Positions 61,685-64,000 of a stretch of 64,000 nt of DNA are shown here, piece after piece. The notes under the pieces were generated by a model, which was given only the letters and a program-made list of their open reading frames with translations, was not told the origin of the DNA and made no database searches. This DNA comes from Chiloscyllium plagiosum (lineage: Eukaryota): the NCBI RefSeq assembly GCF_004010195.1, contig NC_057719.1:31670883-31734882 (forward strand), read 5' to 3'. Numbering within the stretch: the stretch's first letter is position 1; the number at the start of each line of letters is the position of its first letter. A program made the translations under genes and the position numbers.

Positions 61685-64000
61685 AGAGTCAGAGTCAGAG
61701 AGATGTGCAGAACAGAAACAGACTCTTTGGTCCAACTCGTCCATGCCAAACAGATACCCGAAGCAAATCTAATCCCATTTGCCAGCATTTGGCCCATATC
61801 CCTCTACTATAACACTCCTATTCATATTCCCATCCCGATGCCTTTTAGATGCTGTAATTGTATCAGTATCCACCACTTCCTCTGGTAGCTCATTCCATAT
61901 ATGTACTGCCCTCTGTGTGAAAAGGTTGTCTGTTAGGTCCCTTTTATATCTTTCCCCTTTCACGCCAAACCTATGCCTTCTAGTTCTAGACTACCCCACC
62001 CCACTTGTCTATTTACCCTATCCATGCCCTCATGATTTTATAAACCTCTTAAAGGTCACCCCTCAGGCTCCGCCGCTTGAGGGAAAACAGCCTCAGCCTA
62101 TTCAGTCTTTCCCCATATCTTAAATCCTCCAACCCTGGCAACATTGTTGTAAATCTTTTCTGACTGACAGGAAGGAGACCAGAATTGCACGCAATATCCC
62201 AAAAGTGGTCTAACCAATGTCCTGTACAGCCACAACATGACCTCCCACCTCCTATTTTCAATGTTCTGGTCAATAAAGGAAAGCATACCAAATGCCTTCA
62301 TTATCCTATCTACCTGCGACTCTACTTTCAAGGAACTATGAACCTGCACTCTTTGTTCAGCAACACTCCCTTGGACCTTACCATTAAGTGAATAAGTCCT
62401 GCTCTGGATTGCTTTTCCAAAAACCCATCACCTCACATTTATCTAAATTCAACTCCATCTGCCACTCCTCAGCCCATTGACCCATCTGATCAAGATCCCG
62501 TTGTACTCTGAGGTAACCTTCTTTGCTGTCTGCTACACCTCCAATTTTGGTGTCATCTGTAAACTTACTAACTATACCTCCTATATTCACATCCAAATCA
62601 TTTATATAAGTGATAAAAAGCAGTGGACCCAGCACTGGTACACCACTGGTCAGAGGCCTCTGGTCTGAAAAGAAACCCTCCACCACCACCCTCTGTCTTC
62701 TACCTTCAAACCAGTTCTGTATCCAAATGGCTAGTTCTCCCTGTAATCCATGAGATCTAACCTTGCTAACCAGTCTCCCATGGGACACCTTGTCGAACGC
62801 CTTACTGAAGTCCATTTATGTCACATCTACCACTCTGCCCTCATCAATCCTCTTTGCTACTTCTTCAAAAAAACTCAATCAAGTTTGTCAGATATGATTG
62901 CCCACGCACAAAGCCATGCTGACTATCCCTAATCAGTCCTTGCCTTTCCAAATACTGTCCTTCAGGATTCTCTCCAGCAACCTGCCCATCACTGACGTCA
63001 GGCTCACTGGTCCATAGTTCCCTGGCTTTTCCTTACCACCTTTCTTAAATAGTGGCACCACGTTAGCCAACCTCCAGTCTTCCAGCACCTCACCTGTGAG
63101 ATACAAAATATCTTAGCAAGGGGCCTAGCAATCACTTGCCCAGCTTACCACAGAGATTAGGGCACACCTGATCAAGTCCTGGTGAATTATCCACTTTTAT
63201 GCATTTCAAGACCTCCTCCTCTGTAATATGACTATTTTTCAAGATGTCACCATCTATTTCTATATCTTCCATGTCCTTCTCCACAGTAAACACTAATTAA
63301 AAATACTCATTTAGTATCTCCCCCATTTCCTGCGGCTCCACATGTGGGCTGCTTTGCTGATCTTTGAGGAGCCCTATTCTCTCCCTAGTTACACTTTTGT
63401 CCTTAATGTATTTATAGAGTCCCTTTGGATTCTCCTTAACCCTGTTTGCCAAAGCAATCTCAGTCCCTTTTTTGCCCTCCTGATTTCACCCTTAAGTAAA
63501 TTCCTTCTGCCTTAATACTCTTCTAAGGATTCATTCGATCTCTCCTGTTTACAACTTCCTTCTTATTCTTAACCAAAACCTCAATTTCTCTAGTCATTCA
63601 GCATTCCCTACACCTTCCAGCCTCTCCTTGCATCCTAACAGGAATATACTGTCCCTGGACTCACGTTATCTCATTTTTGAAGCCTTCTCATTTTCCAGCT
63701 GTCCCTTTACCTGTGAAAATCTGTCCCAATCAGCTTTTGAAATTTCTTGCCTAACATTGTCAAAATTGGCCTTCCTCCAATTTAGAACTTCAACTTTTAG
63801 ATCTGGTCTACCCTTTTCCATCACTATTTTAAAACTAATAGAATTATGGTTGTTGGCCCCAAAGTGCTCCCCCACTGATACCTCAATTACCTGCCCTGCC
63901 TTATTTCCCAAAAATAGGTCAAGTTTTGTACCTTCTCTAGTAGGTACATCCACATACTGATCAGAAAATTGTCTTGTACACACTTAACAAATTCCTCTTC
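61685..64000 (-). mobile_element. CR1 (HER1-like) LINE ORF2 pseudogene, running off the window end
   Basis: QYVDVPTREGTKLDLFLGN, MDFSKAFDKVSHGRL, GPLLFITYINDLD...KFTDDTKIGG, LYRTLVRPLLGYCVQFWSP and 3' tail. Confidence 0.95.

Overview
Repeat-rich eukaryotic genomic DNA, very probably from a shark or other elasmobranch (inferred from HE1-type V-SINEs with (AATCT)n tails, HER1/CR1 LINEs and Deu-type SINEs), with a 500-N assembly gap at 58522-59021. Most of the window behaves like large intron(s). Only one convincing host coding exon was found: 4492-4629 (+), 138 nt, phase 2-2, encoding a cysteine-containing leucine-rich repeat of the F-box/LRR (FBXL-like) type. The gene cannot be named from this alone. 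The rest is degenerate mobile DNA: many CR1 LINE fragments, an older CR1/L2-group LINE with a tail-sharing SINE, HE1 and other tRNA-derived SINEs, a Tx1/L1-clade 3' fragment, a Gypsy integrase-PPT-LTR remnant, a Harbinger transposase pseudogene, MITEs and at least four families of Penelope-like elements (PLEs; A-D are my own labels). The most striking system is the PLE set. Each family carries its own minimal hammerhead ribozyme (CTGANGA-stem II-GAAA-palindromic stem III) with covarying stems. Each also inserts as an asymmetric inverted repeat, from about 200-270 bp pure hairpins up to multi-kb RT/GIY-YIG-bearing copies, typically flanked by 11-15 bp target-site duplications. The short arm consistently lacks a 33-40 nt terminal tail. 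Hammerheads in PLEs are established knowledge; the dense multi-family population of non-coding palindromic mini-elements is the part worth following up. No TE ORF here is full-length, and none of the six-frame ORFs is a complete host gene. Coordinates of degenerate repeats are approximate (tens of bp).
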